The position numbers and the translations under genes were made by a program. Of a DNA stretch of 64,000 bases, positions 23,901 through 35,500 are shown piece after piece. The stretch spans positions 1,798,001 through 1,862,000 of the forward strand of contig CM039009.1 of the NCBI GenBank assembly GCA_017499595.2, in the 5' to 3' direction. Position 1 is the stretch's first letter; each line of letters begins with the position of its first letter. This DNA comes from Psilocybe cubensis (lineage: Eukaryota). Under the pieces are notes generated by a model. That model was given only the letters and a program-made list of their open reading frames with translations, was not told the DNA's origin and searched no databases.

Positions 23901-25165
23901 ATCCAATGCATAGCAAGTTGCAATACCTATCGCAATCCTGGTGCAGGTCCAACTTTATTCGCATAAATGTTGATAAAACAAAAGCAATGCTATGGGGCCC
24001 TATTCCTTCCCTACTCCCTATCCTCTCTCTCCCAAACTCGACAAAGACGATAGAATGGGTGGATTGCTTCGATTACGTGGGTTTAACTTTCCAATCTGGA
24101 TCAAAATTCTTGTTCCAAAAACATGGGATGCGCAAAGCTCTAACAGCATCGCAGTGCACATATATCCTCTTTATGCTGAAATCGGTGATGGGAGATGTAT
24201 TGCCTCGACTGGGAATCCGTTTATACATGGGAAAAGTAGACCCTCACCTCATTCACGGATGCGAGGTAGCAATTGACGTCGACATGAGTACACTTTCACT
24301 TCTACAGAATGCTCAAACAAGAGCTCTCAGAAAAATATTGGGACTTAGTGACCACTCCTTGACGACAGTCCTATTCACAGAGCTTGGTGTTATGCCCATT
24401 CGATACAGGAGACTCCTCATTGCGCTACGCTATTTGAAACACTTAATGGGACTACCGGAAGACAGGCTAGCTAAAGCAGCTCTGGTTCAAAACTGGACCC
24501 TCCTTAATGATGGGAAATCCTGCTGGCTTGGTGATCTAAAATGGGCACTGGCTTCCTTGCCTTGTCCTGTCAAGATCACTCGAGCAAATGTTGCAAATGA
24601 ATCCGCGGTGGACATGCTGGCCGAAAAAGTGAAAGAGTCCTGTGCCTTGTCTCTGTACCGCGAGATCGAAGGCTGTCCAAGGCTCCCTCTCCTTCATAAG
24701 CGTGTTCCCCCCGACAAATCTCACTCTCTCCGTGACGTCGTCAAATTTCGTGCGTACCTACAAATTGTAAGGGTTTCATCACATAGGAAAGCATTGGCGA
24801 GACTTGTGTGTGCGGAACACCCCTTGGCAATAGAAGTATTACGACGTCGAAACGTAAATGGAGTACCCATCCCCAAGGAAAGACGACTATGCCGATTCTG
24901 CAAAACAGATATTGAAGACGAACCTCATGCTTTGATGGAATGTCTAGGATGCCCCCTGCCAATAAAGCTGAGAAGACTGATTCTCTTGAATGAAGCAAAA
25001 GAGGCTTACCCGAGGGAATACTGGGACGTGAAAAAGACTGGTGACAGATATGACCTGCTTCGCCGTTTTCTGGGTCACGACGAGTTGCTTCCAAAGTTTG
25101 CATGCTTTGTGTATCATGTGCTACAGGCCTTTGAAGAGGCCCCCATTTGTATCCCGCAAATTTAA
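20957..25165 (+). CDS. Non-LTR retrotransposon ORF2: RRM-like, AP endonuclease, degenerate RNase H-like, reverse transcriptase, C-terminal Zn finger
   Basis: APE motifs TWNCNG, FQET, GDLNAR, VDYA, DH; RT motifs QHGFRP, FVDLENAFPSV, GDSFSP, LLADD; Zn finger RLCRFC..EDEPHALMEC. 1402 aa with no interruptions. Confidence 0.95.
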   Translation: MLRLPEMLDSEGAVAVIVGPIKGNDPQCDVKWMMRETLLPEDAVLYVCNAKRQNFYILHFITSERAHQFIRAIHNSDNPKLRACSAYRKDARGIDHLPTHLSLATWNCNGHLAACIGSKAWKSLIKANDITIFQETFLGPDQHESLKLPRGFRAEAASRPWSHSTGGQRGGVAAIIRKTVKYTRRADLSFPDTLVLELENFVIIAAYIVPENSYWESWSEVDPKTRVADAAAVCALEGKPIIVLGDLNARTASLQQDCSRLVRSSPDTICSSRGRWLLDVCAGLDLHILNGTDCDITRKPYWTSFQNAGNAVVDYAIISSDLLPCLDKMECFQVEKGADHAAIRVCLTLEDSSWSQEPWKSLDLSKEDVLDGLQRNVYLDACLQHTLSCAMSPEDATKYLYGPTFFNSNPTQVFMAIAASNSRDQWSVGFKTLGNQNVVLRSIHSKRNNIWELAIAMLLLEKPPTMPLIIYVSSPEVANFLTTKAGSLFLNGWNGQLDSPKRLTCTLLRNRPASTEIRIPRISSPGEQWELNVVQSTLVGLETDGVDITWLPPRIEDIPCWFYPPDKDPLPNVASKVFMGKVTSKQIPPARNSENQRKRKRPKEAAVLDIKSEKADREVLTRHRTRAKIRRIWVENLNRFENMASDSPKQFWKFVKEHTEKRPVGAEVSGTDLVDMTITRMNPPSSIPDCFDSTKFSAEKDAYNEMPIALTDNAPLPSFTDPFSSDEVDDAKQTLRAHLSGAKGIDGISNAEILRIPSDKLADLFNKCIQTLDAPATWLTTMLVGIPKAGKSPKKAENYRIIALECCLLKMLTLLIAKRFRSWTCAQGILPESQHGFRPTFRTNSCAFVLRTTIETCLANNETLVAVFVDLENAFPSVNLPTLWLKLVNAGANGPIMDWMRMIYRRMQYTVVHNEGNKTFSALFRSLWGILAGDSFSPDLFTFYIADCNPPESDYDIRLAGKLIAMLLLADDMILVEKLGPNPMHSKLQYLSQSWCRSNFIRINVDKTKAMLWGPIPSLLPILSLPNSTKTIEWVDCFDYVGLTFQSGSKFLFQKHGMRKALTASQCTYILFMLKSVMGDVLPRLGIRLYMGKVDPHLIHGCEVAIDVDMSTLSLLQNAQTRALRKILGLSDHSLTTVLFTELGVMPIRYRRLLIALRYLKHLMGLPEDRLAKAALVQNWTLLNDGKSCWLGDLKWALASLPCPVKITRANVANESAVDMLAEKVKESCALSLYREIEGCPRLPLLHKRVPPDKSHSLRDVVKFRAYLQIVRVSSHRKALARLVCAEHPLAIEVLRRRNVNGVPIPKERRLCRFCKTDIEDEPHALMECLGCPLPIKLRRLILLNEAKEAYPREYWDVKKTGDRYDLLRRFLGHDELLPKFACFVYHVLQAFEEAPICIPQI

Positions 25166-25519
25166 AGTATATTGTAAAAACGTAGGCAGTCAATTGACGA
25201 TTTGTATTCTCCTATATGCACAATGGCTGAAATAGACGACAGCTTTCAATCATGAAAGCAAACCTGCCCGTTAATCTTGGACTCATGGACGCTAACCAGC
25301 GAGCCGGATGCAGGGCAAGGAATGTTCTTGCCCTTGTCGCCCGTGACACAACTGCATGCGCCATGACGTTCTGTGTAGGACAGGGGAGGCATCGGGCCCC
25401 TTCCGCTGCTACGCACCGGGCGGTCCTGTTGAGGGCTGTTTGGTAATCTCGTAAACATAAACATAAACATAAACATTAAGTAAAAAATGAAACAGTCGAG
25501 GTAATGATATGGAACGCAC

Positions 25520-26288
25520 CACATGGATCAAACATGACACATAGGCGCTCAATGCTTGATGAGAAGTGTTCTTCTAAAATATCAAATTCTTCTTTGAGGA
25601 CCTGAGGCCCAGCAGTATCTGTCTGGTCGATACGTAGGCATAAGATCTTCAGAGAAGGTTCTTCACCATCCGTTGAATGGAGGCCGACCGGATATATTGT
25701 CCGAACAACCGATAACTTGTCGGTCTCAATGGTTTCAAGGCTTGGGAGTCGAAGGGCATTGGTATTCGAATATGTCATCGTATTTGATACCTCACAGGCA
25801 ATGAGAGTCAAATCTACAATTGATGTCCCGTCGAGGATGTTCCTTGGGAGGTTTTCTACGTTGTTGAGCTTGAGCGATACCAATTGGTTGGATTTAAGAA
25901 GATTTCCGAAGGATCTTGTGATTCGTTGGTGCATAAACCAGTCAGAATAGAACAGGGGACCAGATAAATAGAGCGTTTCCACCTGCGAACTGGGGTGACA
26001 AAGCATATCAAGAACAATATTGAGGTTTTGGAGAATTTGGATCTTCATAGCGAGAGTCAGAGTATACACGGTGCCGACCTGAGCTTGCACATAGAGGATA
26101 CGAACTCCTGGAAGAATACCAGTATCACGAAATTCCAGCAAACTGCGAAGGAGGAATAGTCTCAAATGGATTTCAAGTGCATTATTCCCCGCCACACATA
26201 TAGTTTCAAAAAGATGGCGGTGTTCGGGCCAAGGAAATGAAGGCGAGGAGACCTCATTTTCGGGTTGCGCAACGAAGGTTAGTGACAT
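25520..26288 (-). CDS. Exon 1 of the F-box/LRR-like gene split by the insertion (F-box N-terminus shortened)
   Basis: Similar to the first exon of 27144-28502 (LVSLKLNNVENLPRNILDGTSIVDLTL, LETIETD, LKILCLRID). Donor GTGCGT at 25519, phase 1. Confidence 0.8.
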
Positions 26289-27143
26289 GGGGGTGTTGAG
26301 ATGAAGGAAATGAGAAAGAATTTGTCGGAATATATTCTATGTGTCCATCAGATGGGTAGAGCAAAATATTAACGCCCTGATTGATATATTGATGCCATGG
26401 CTGATCATATAATTAACGCCCTGACATGAACAATTCTTGGTGTCAACTTGCTGACATGTAGATGTGAAGTGTGCGATTTGGGGAGTAATGAGAACATACA
26501 AGGGCTCCAATGACCTGATCGTGATCGCAAGCTCCGTGCCCTATTGGACTTGGACAACTTAAGGGAAATCTAGTATAAAAAAATCCTGGAATTAATCAAG
26601 CCACAAGTCATTGGCCGGAATAGCTAGTAGGCTTCGGCTCGATTGAGATATTGTTCCTGTATGCCAGGTATTCGGGAGAGCTACGGCATAAATGAAAGTA
26701 GAGTTAAACATTTCGTCCAGTGCCAAACACACAGCTGTATATAAACCCTCCCTTATTGCAACTCAAGTGTACATACCAAGCACATGCAAGTCACATTATG
26801 TGAACTCATGCTAATGGACTCTAGCTATACTCCTGACCATATAAAGACTGCGCTACGAACCATGATGTCCGCGTGGCTTGTCAGAGGCTCCTGGGATCAT
26901 TGTAGGTGAGCGATAATCGAGACATTGAATCCATTTTTGTTCCCCTCTCATTCTCATATAAAAGATGTATCGGGAACATGCTCTATTGGCGATGTACATT
27001 GGTGTCCTTTGCTATCTTTGCGGTCGGTCATCAAATAACCTTTTCGACATTTCGACAATGGATACATATAAATTATTACGTGATGATATGCCATCGACAC
27101 AGCGCGTGGATAACTAAGTGATCATGACCACCTTGGTAGCCAG

Positions 27144-28502
27144 CTAACGGCATGAAACCGCTACTGTCATCTTGCCCTGCTTGTGCAGAGTGGGAAGAGC
27201 CAGTTTGATTTCCTGCTCCATCCGAAGCTGTTCCGCTTTGCGACTGTGGTTAGTCATAATATTGTTAGGAAATAGACAGAACGCCTTGATGTCGACACCA
27301 CCGAGATGTGGAAAAATGTCCACGTTTAGTAGAATATCATCAAGTTTTGTCCATGCCTCGATTGGCATACCCAGCGATATGTCCTCTGCACAGTAAAATA
27401 GATTGTCAAAAATGAGTGTTAGTCGTTGAAGAGAGGGTGGCCACGCTGCGAGAACTGTGATCGCATGGCTGACGTATGCTTTAGTTGGCAATGACGTCCT
27501 TGACAGGTCTGTGGGTCCGTAACGCAGGGTCAAATAGTTGAAATTATTGAGTTTTGTAGAATAACTCATTGGTGGAGTTAGAAAAAGTTGAACAAGGTCT
27601 GTTGAGTCATGGGTTATGAGCACAAGAGGGTTAAAATGGAGGTAGCAGATAATACCATTTGAATCAAACACAATATACAAACTCTTAACGGATGGAAAGA
27701 GCTCCGCCACTGTGTCGCATTCCTTGTTGAGACCCCCAAAAAAACAAGTTCTCATATCGATACGCAGGCATACAGATTTGAGGCAAGCTTCTCCATTGCT
27801 GATCATTGAACGCTGGGTCTCTGGATATAAAGCATGAACCATAGGAAGATCGGTAGTTTCAATGGTTGCGATCTGAGAGAGAGGAAGATGGACATCCATA
27901 GCGCCCATGGTGTCGGATATGTTGCAATCAAGAACAGTCAAATGAATTATTGATGTCCCTTGTAAGACGTCCTTGGGAAGGTCTTGCACTTCGCAAAGCC
28001 TAAGAGATAGCAATGTTGGGGAGCGGATCAGGTTTTGAAGGGATCGCACAACCTTGGATGGTAGGGAAGAGAAAAGTGGGCCATGGAATTCAAAGGTGTG
28101 TAACCGAGCTTCTGAGTGACGAAATGCATTCAGAATGAAATCAAGGTCTTCGATTATTTGCTTGCAACGACTAGGCTCCGGATTGCCGAGAATGGAAGTA
28201 ATGGGGGCAGACATTTGAAAAATTCGAATATGGCGGAGTATGCTAATTTCCATGTCTGGGAGATCAACGAGGCTGCGAAGGTGCTTTAATTTTACACGGA
28301 ACGCATCCTCATCATCCTCAAAGAGGCTGATAAACTTGAAGAGGTATCGTTTTGCACTCCAGCGGAAGGTAGGCGAGACACGGAGACATGTGCGTAATGT
28401 CTGTGCACAATCCGGCTGGAGAATTATATAACCGCTATGGTCAGAGACAATTGAATCAATAATTTGAGTCTGGATCTCTGGGGGGACTCTTTCTTGAGAC
28501 AT
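27144..28502 (-). CDS. F-box-like/LRR-like protein with one in-frame 57-nt intron (27599-27655)
   Basis: N-terminal VPPEIQTQIIDSI...LRTCLRVSPTFR...YLF F-box-like pattern followed by leucine-rich repeats; GT-AG intron. Confidence 0.75.
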   Translation of the reverse strand: MSQERVPPEIQTQIIDSIVSDHSGYIILQPDCAQTLRTCLRVSPTFRWSAKRYLFKFISLFEDDEDAFRVKLKHLRSLVDLPDMEISILRHIRIFQMSAPITSILGNPEPSRCKQIIEDLDFILNAFRHSEARLHTFEFHGPLFSSLPSKVVRSLQNLIRSPTLLSLRLCEVQDLPKDVLQGTSIIHLTVLDCNISDTMGAMDVHLPLSQIATIETTDLPMVHALYPETQRSMISNGEACLKSVCLRIDMRTCFFGGLNKECDTVAELFPSVKSLYIVFDSNGIICYLHFNPLVLITHDSTDLVQLFLTPPMSYSTKLNNFNYLTLRYGPTDLSRTSLPTKAYVSHAITVLAAWPPSLQRLTLIFDNLFYCAEDISLGMPIEAWTKLDDILLNVDIFPHLGGVDIKAFCLFPNNIMTNHSRKAEQLRMEQEIKLALPTLHKQGKMTVAVSCR

Positions 28503-29013
28503 GGGGGTTCACATCATTTCGAGTACGATTTCTCAAATTTAAACAAAACCATAGTAGGTTCACGGGATGCCAGGAGCTTGAACATCCAATGTAACTATGG
28601 TTTCTCGAAGTCTTGGCCTTCTATATACATCTTCGCCAACAATTGTAGATCAGTAGTTTGTATACATTGCGACAAGTCGCTAAATTAGCGCCGATTGCCA
28701 ACTTCGAAAACTTAGGTTATGCAAATGTTGATAACCAACCATTCCCGATACAACCGACCTTAGGGAAATACGCATCACGTACCTGGAAATACTACATTGG
28801 TCGCATTTATCGTTTTATCGTGCATAATGAGCCACGGCGAGAGTGGAGTCATTACAGTTTCCCACGCGTATATTGCTTCTTTTGGTTTGCTCATCCTAGA
28901 AACGAAAAAATAAGCGAGTCGCATACCTTCAGGTATTGATCAGGTTCAAAATGTACCTTGCCTCATTGGCGACTCGTGAAAGATGTACAAATGCGACTGA
29001 ATAAAGGTTTCAT

Positions 29014-29176
29014 TTTGGTAATTGACCAAACAATCAACCTTGTTCCAAAATCGTCCACGTACCTGTGAAATTGACACACTGTGACTTCGAAGTCAAGAGC
29101 GTACAAATGAAATTTGGTAATTGACCAAACAATCAACCTTGTTCCAAAATCGTCCACGCACCTGTGAAATTGACAC
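29014..29176. repeat. Two direct copies of ~64 bp, ~100 bp apart
   Basis: tttggtaattgaccaaacaatcaaccttgttccaaaatcgtccacg..cctgtgaaattgacac occurs twice. Confidence 0.9.
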
Positions 29177-29877
29177 TCGGCACTGTGACGCGACTTCTAA
29201 ATTGAACTTTGACCTGACTCTCTTTCCATCTATGGAAATTCGTCATCTAAATATAAAATCGAGCTAGGCGCCTCCTCACCGAACCTCACCCAACCATACT
29301 CGATCTTTATTCACGTGATAAAGAATTCCTGTTATCTACCTTCTGCTTCAATATGTCACACAGTGTCAATCGAGAGCCTCTTTCAATGTCTGCCGGCACA
29401 GATTGTTCCCCCTCACAGTCTTCAAAGTTGTTAGGACCGCAGACACGCGTTAAGTCCGTTTTGTGTTAAAATACGTTAAATTCTGACGCGTTAAATACAG
29501 TTACGTCGTTCTAAGCGCGCAAAGGCGAGTAAATGCTGTTTGTCTGCGCCATTATATCTTTCTGATTTAACCACTATAGAGTTACAGACCCAATAAAAGA
29601 TTGGAGGACAGGGACACGTCTCAGATGCACCGGACCCAGCCTGCGGCCACATACCTTGTTGGTCAATCTGTTGAGAAACAAGTAAGTTTCCCTGGTCCGT
29701 GTATTCCCAAGATATGTGTTGATATCTGACTCGTTATATTTGTGGCGGCTGTTTGATTGCAGAACGACAGTCGGATGTTACTTGACCACCAAGTGCCCGA
29801 TAGTGTACAGTCAATATCGCATAAGCAGGCGGACCTAATCCCGGAGACAGAGGTAAGAAAATTTTCTGCCTTTCTCT

Positions 29878-30693
29878 GTGTTCTCACCGTTGACGTGTCT
29901 AGTTCAGATTAGTGAATTAAACCAACCACAAGTCAATTGTCGAGACATGCATAATGGGCCATGTGCTGGCCTTCAAGACATAAAACGCGACTATGAGAAG
30001 CATATTAATGCTGTTAATCATGACCGTGAACTTGAGAGAAAGGAATTGAGCGAGACAAAGATGATGCTCACTTCTTCTATGCTAGACTGTGCAACACTGC
30101 TCTCCGAATTCCAACAAGCGAAAGATGCATCAGACTCCCAGCGTGAATACTTCGAAACAATCATCCATACATTATCGAATGAACTGGACGCAGCAAAGGC
30201 TACATATTGGAAAGACGTCCAGTCTGTCCTTCTTGATTACCAAAGGTCTGAGGCAAACCTTCGTATGATGCATGTCGAGACAATTGCAGCGCAGAGGACC
30301 CTTGAAGAGCGGTCAAAAACTATAACCGAACTTGAAGCTCGCTTGGGATATGAGAGGGCAGCTCGTGAAAGGCTCGATGATGACCTTGCTATTGCGAAGA
30401 ATGCTCTGGCCGGTGAGTGTAATGTCACAGATCAAACTCCGGCTAACCCAGGTCGTATTTTAGATGCCCTTGCTGGGGAATCTCGCCAGTTCGAGGCCCA
30501 ACGCTCTAGAGAGCGATTAATGGAGGCTTTTATTACAAGGATGAGGGCCCAGGTCGCCGATGCTACACTTATTGATAAATATGAGAATACCTTCCACCAA
30601 ATCCCGGAGGTCATCGATCTTATAGAGAGGCATCGTAATTTGGTGGAAATTGTTGGAAGTTTTTCTACGGTCATTGAAGCAAGCGATCAATAA
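29878..30693 (+). CDS. Coiled-coil protein (last exon; short upstream exons likely from ~29350)
   Basis: Long E/R/A/L-rich helical ORF, with GT-AG signals upstream. Confidence 0.55.
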   Translation: MFSPLTCLVQISELNQPQVNCRDMHNGPCAGLQDIKRDYEKHINAVNHDRELERKELSETKMMLTSSMLDCATLLSEFQQAKDASDSQREYFETIIHTLSNELDAAKATYWKDVQSVLLDYQRSEANLRMMHVETIAAQRTLEERSKTITELEARLGYERAARERLDDDLAIAKNALAGECNVTDQTPANPGRILDALAGESRQFEAQRSRERLMEAFITRMRAQVADATLIDKYENTFHQIPEVIDLIERHRNLVEIVGSFSTVIEASDQ

Positions 30694-31816
30694 AAAAATG
30701 ATGTAGATTATCTTTAGCTCTAATACCAGTAGGTAACTTCGAAGTATGCAATATCTAAAATGTGATTCAGTATATATGCTCTGGTAAAATAATGATACCC
30801 AGGAAGAACTCAACTCAAACCATACTCATGCCTCTCTTGAAAGTGAAACACGGGTAAACATGGACAAGTTCAATCCATATGAATCTCCTTTACCCAATGG
30901 TGTGCCAAATTCCATCCCCAGCTGGGGCTGTTTAACCTCGACTGATGAAGAGATCGGAGTTGTTATCGAGGTGCATGTCGGGTCTGAAATCAAACTCAAA
31001 CAAAGATGAAGAGTTACTACCACAAATCAAAATAATTTCTGGCACTTCATCGGCTCTGCCTGCATATGCCTGCATCCACCGTAATATATAAAGATGTGAC
31101 CATAAGTTTTATTGAGTGTAGAGACTCTGAGAAGGAAGAATTTCTCATTATATGTCAAGGGAGAATAATCACAAACAGACATATAGGCAATGGGGTTTTG
31201 AAGACTCGTACATGCCATACGAAGTGGTGGCCCATCTACAAGTTTTCCCGTGTAGAAAGTGCGCTGTACAGTGTATATAAACACCGATGTCCAGGCATGC
31301 ACGGCATAGACAGAATGCCGAAAAATGACTGTATATCTTCGGGATGAAGAAAGGTAAGAATAATCATACAAGGAACCTTCAGATATAAGTGAGGGAACAA
31401 ATTATGTATAAGAGGGAGTGTTTGCTCTATGTAAGGGATTGTGATTTGTATATGTGGGCACCAAAACTATATGTATGGTACTGAAAATTGTATCCGAGGG
31501 TGCAACCTATGAATGTATGGATACTGGATTTATATGTTCGGAAACCACCTTTCTCTATACTGGAAACCAGATTATGTATATGGAATTGTGCATAATTGCG
31601 ACTTCTATGTATGGGAAAAAAAGTTTATAGATTGGTATTAAATGTGCAAACGGACAGCCATAGCACAGGTCCAACCTGGAAACACGTTAAATTGAAAACA
31701 GATATCAGCGAATTTGTTACTTACAAACGGATCGCCGCTCTTAGTAAATGCCATGATACTACTCTGAACAAGACGGTAAATCAGCAACCGAAAAAAGAAG
31801 AATAAAATCGCACCTA

Positions 31817-32520
31817 TTACATCTCCCACTCTCCATCTTTCGCAAATTGCTCCGGGTGTTCAACAGGACAGGGAGGTACGTCCGGATCGCGTTCGAGACG
31901 TGCAGGTTGAGCACAGAGTCGTCCCACACACCCCTCTTTCGTACGTCCCTCCGACGCGTACCTGCCGCCTCCCAGGATGATGAGTGAGTTCTTGTGTTCA
32001 GTGTCCTGGTATCTCGGGAACCAATACTCATCACCACCGTCACCACCGTCCCACAATGTCAGCCATCCCAAAGAAAACGCGTTGACAGATGAACGCACAG
32101 CGCTGACTTGTCCTCTTGTAGGCTTGATCGCGTACGCCCCGCGCGGAAGTTGGGACTCCGTCGAGAACAAACCTACGTCCTGACCACCGGCGACAGATCC
32201 AGGCTCTCATTCAATACGTAATCAACAATATTTGCCGCGTCTTCTTCTTCGAGTCCGGCGAGGAAGGGCAAGAGATGTACAGCGTAGCCGTTAGTGGCGT
32301 GTATGACATACTCGCAAGTCAGTATTTCCTCGGGCATGTACAAGTTCCAACGACGGCACGGCTATTTTGATAATTCCTGCTCGATATTCGTGATGGATGT
32401 AACAGGGGTCTTGATGTGCAGCTCAACCGTCACCTTGGGTAGGGGAGTTTGGGCATCTTTGAAGAGATGGGTAACGAGTTTGCATGGCCAGAGATTGTGA
32501 CCCCGTAGATGAACAGCAGA
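31817..32520 (-). pseudogene. FAD-dependent oxidoreductase (DAO-like) fragment
   Basis: HNLWPCKLVTHLF, YVIHATNGYA.HLLP, PTRGQV, EYWFPR and IILGGGR motifs, with a stop and frameshifts. Confidence 0.7.
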
Positions 32521-35500
32521 GTACCCAAGTTTAGGGTCCACATGTTACTTCTGCGCGCAGGTCGAATCAGGTCGAAACGTAACAAGGAAAAGTAGGCTGA
32601 CCTTGCTCAGCTTCTCGTTGTCTATCCACTCAACTTTCGCGTCCGGCCAACAATCCCTGCGCTTTTGACCTTCTCCCAGTCATCCCGAAAGGCCTACTCT
32701 TCTATTTTGTTTCTGAATAACGTCAAATGACCAGCCTCGACCAAATCGACTTCATGTTCCAGTCCATTCTGCTTGATGGACTTGACCATCCCGTTGGATG
32801 TATGAGCTTCTCACGCGAAGGATTTCAACGCTTCTGTTGTATTGTAGCGGGCTTGCAGAGCCGAGAAACCGTGGAAGGTAATGGGAGTCAGGTGTCCACC
32901 GTTTCTTCCTAAACTTTGTCATTCGAACCCATCCATTATTGAATCTTAAGAATCTTGCTTGTAGCACCCGAGCCTTTGAACGTTCAATTCAAAAATTCGA
33001 CATGACAGATATAAGAAAAAGCTCACAAAATTGACGCGCTTCAAGAATAACCACACTCCTCTGGCGTTCGTACTCTTTGAGAGAGTTGTCCTGGAGTAAC
33101 TTGGACAAATTCCATGGAGTAACTTGGACAAATGCCAGGCGGCACTAACGCCAGTGATACCGCCCCCGAATAAACAGATATTGGCGTCCGTTGTGAGCGC
33201 ACTTGTGCTTCCATATTCTGAGAGGGTCTTTCTGTTTCTGCGACAGGATCATGATGGAAGGACGCATCCAATCCAATGAAGTTCATTGAAACAAAACAAA
33301 GAGGTTCCCACGACTGAATAGTAGTGGGTTTTCTGCAGGTTTTCTGCGTCCATCCTAAATTTCGTGTGTTGCACCACGTAATTTATTCACACGATCACCA
33401 TCTGTATCTGTATTTTGCGCCCGCCCACGATTTGTAATGCCCGCGTTAGCTTTAGGGCCACAAAATGCCCCTAAACCTCTATATAAGATATGTTGAGAGT
33501 AAGGGTGTTAAAGATCGGGATGGAAGTTTCGACAAGGAAGGATGTCAGAAATCCGTTGTTTTGGATATTCCGTGGGTGCGTAAGCTTTGGCGGGAGGTCT
33601 GAAAAGACCAAGGTTGAGACATCACGTGAGAGGCTGCCTTCGAGATGACAGACGCGACACAACGCGATGCGAGAGGATGTAGAGGAGAGATGTGGGCCGC
33701 CAAAGGCCTGAATGTTTGGGTCAAACCAGGTGGAAACCAAAAGGGATCCAACGGTGGCTGTACCAAACATTGGAAAAATATAAAGAGGGAGAGGAGGGTG
33801 GGCAGAAACAAGGGGTGCTTGAAAAAAAAAATTCGGCACACGGGGTTGTTTAATTTGGATAAGGACTCCGAGACCCCTCCCCCCCCCTTCCTAAATTGGC
33901 AATAAGTAGTCACGTGTAGGTGCACGCGTTCACAAATAATCTCCTAAATAAGTAAGAGTGATAATCTCCTAAATAAGTAAGAGTGCCGGACATTACTAGG
34001 GACTGGATGCAACGCCTGCGCTTTTTAATACCATTGACTCTACCTCCTCCATTTCTTCTGCATTCATCATCAATACACATGCGTCCATTATGCCCCCAAT
34101 GTGTGATGTGGACGATAGAAAAATGGGGGAAGGGGATAAATGTATGAAATGTCTGGTGGTGCACTTTCAGCTAGAGTTACTAGGGTAAGGATGCAATGAC
34201 TTACCTCTGCCAACTATTCATATTTCCAATGCCCACTACAATGTCCAAGATTTGAGTAGCAGAACGGCAACGGTTCACGAGGGTAGGTGTAATTGGAAAG
34301 CAGCGGGAAGTTGTTTGTTGATCGTGGCAAAATCGAGTGCGATGACAATCCGTGACTGTGACAAAATATGCATGTGATACCCCTGATCATTGCTGCAAAA
34401 TGCAACAAATCTGCAATGCAACCTGTAACGACAACTGACGACAACCTTTAGAAAGCTGGAATAGCAATAAAATGACTGTAGAGTGGTTTTATTACATGTA
34501 CCATGCTTCAAAATTGGATAAAAACAATTATGAAATTAAAGCGACTTTTAATTCGGATAAGCCTGGTCTGGCCCCCCCCTCCCCCCCCACCCTGTGTGCC
34601 GGCATTTGCCGGCGCGTACCCCTTGGGCAGAAAAGAAATTAAAAGCAAGGAGAAATTCGAACGAGTTTAACAAGCACCCTTGACAAGTAAGGGGAGAGAG
34701 ACGAAGACGGTGAGGGATGTAAAACGAGGCTCATAGTTTAAATAGGATGTATGTACAGATACACAGAGGAGTACTAGAAAATAAAAGAAGGTGATGCAAG
34801 GTGAAACCTGACAAAGTCAGGCACTTAAGTAGACATTGTAAATCATAAGCTGATAGAAGATTGATGAAGCGCTCAACTAGAAAAATCAAATTCTCGCTAA
34901 TCTCTTATCCGTAGATGAGTGCGCAGCACTCATCGTGGAATATACTACTTAATTTTACCACTTCGGCCCCAGGTGCGATAATTACGAACCACTTGTCACA
35001 ACACGTGCAGCGTTTATGCCCAAGAAAGCGCGACTGCTGCTGTTATCCCGTCGTGCCCTTGTTATGATATTAACCGATCAAAACCACAGTGCGTCATCCA
35101 GCCAAATGAATCCACCCAGAAGAACAACCGTCCATTCCCCTGAAAGAAACTGAATACAACGTAAGTCTCAGCCGGAAGGAAACAAAGGCTATATTGTGAA
35201 CCTGAATACAACGTAAGTCTGTAAACTAAGTCAGTCAATGTTCTACAAGCAACACAAAACTGAATGTACCTCAGCCGGAAGGAAACAAAGGCTGAGGTAT
35301 CAGAAATGAGACAAATGACTATATGTGAGGAACACCTAGTTACAGAAGTAATCAGGAAAATTAAGAAGGTGATGTGTTGTATGTTGAAGGAAAGTGAACT
35401 GCTAAAGAGTGTGCATGAATAGGAGCTATCGGATCGAGTGGTCCGAAGACAGAAAAGGAAGGTGTGAATATAAAAAAGGAAAGAAAGAATGTGGAGATGA

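Larger units (their letters stand above)
13223..25470 (+). mobile_element. ~12.2 kb non-LTR retrotransposon (APE-type) with passenger genes
   Basis: AAACA at 13218-13222 and 25471-25475; (TAAACA)n tail at 25452-25475; removing the element restores a 59-nt GT-AG intron and an in-frame host gene; contains an intact EN-RT ORF. Confidence 0.8.

Noticed and set aside
34915-34950. GATGAGTGC-GCA-GCACTCATC hairpin as a Helitron 3' end
   Set aside because: No CTRR terminus at the expected distance.
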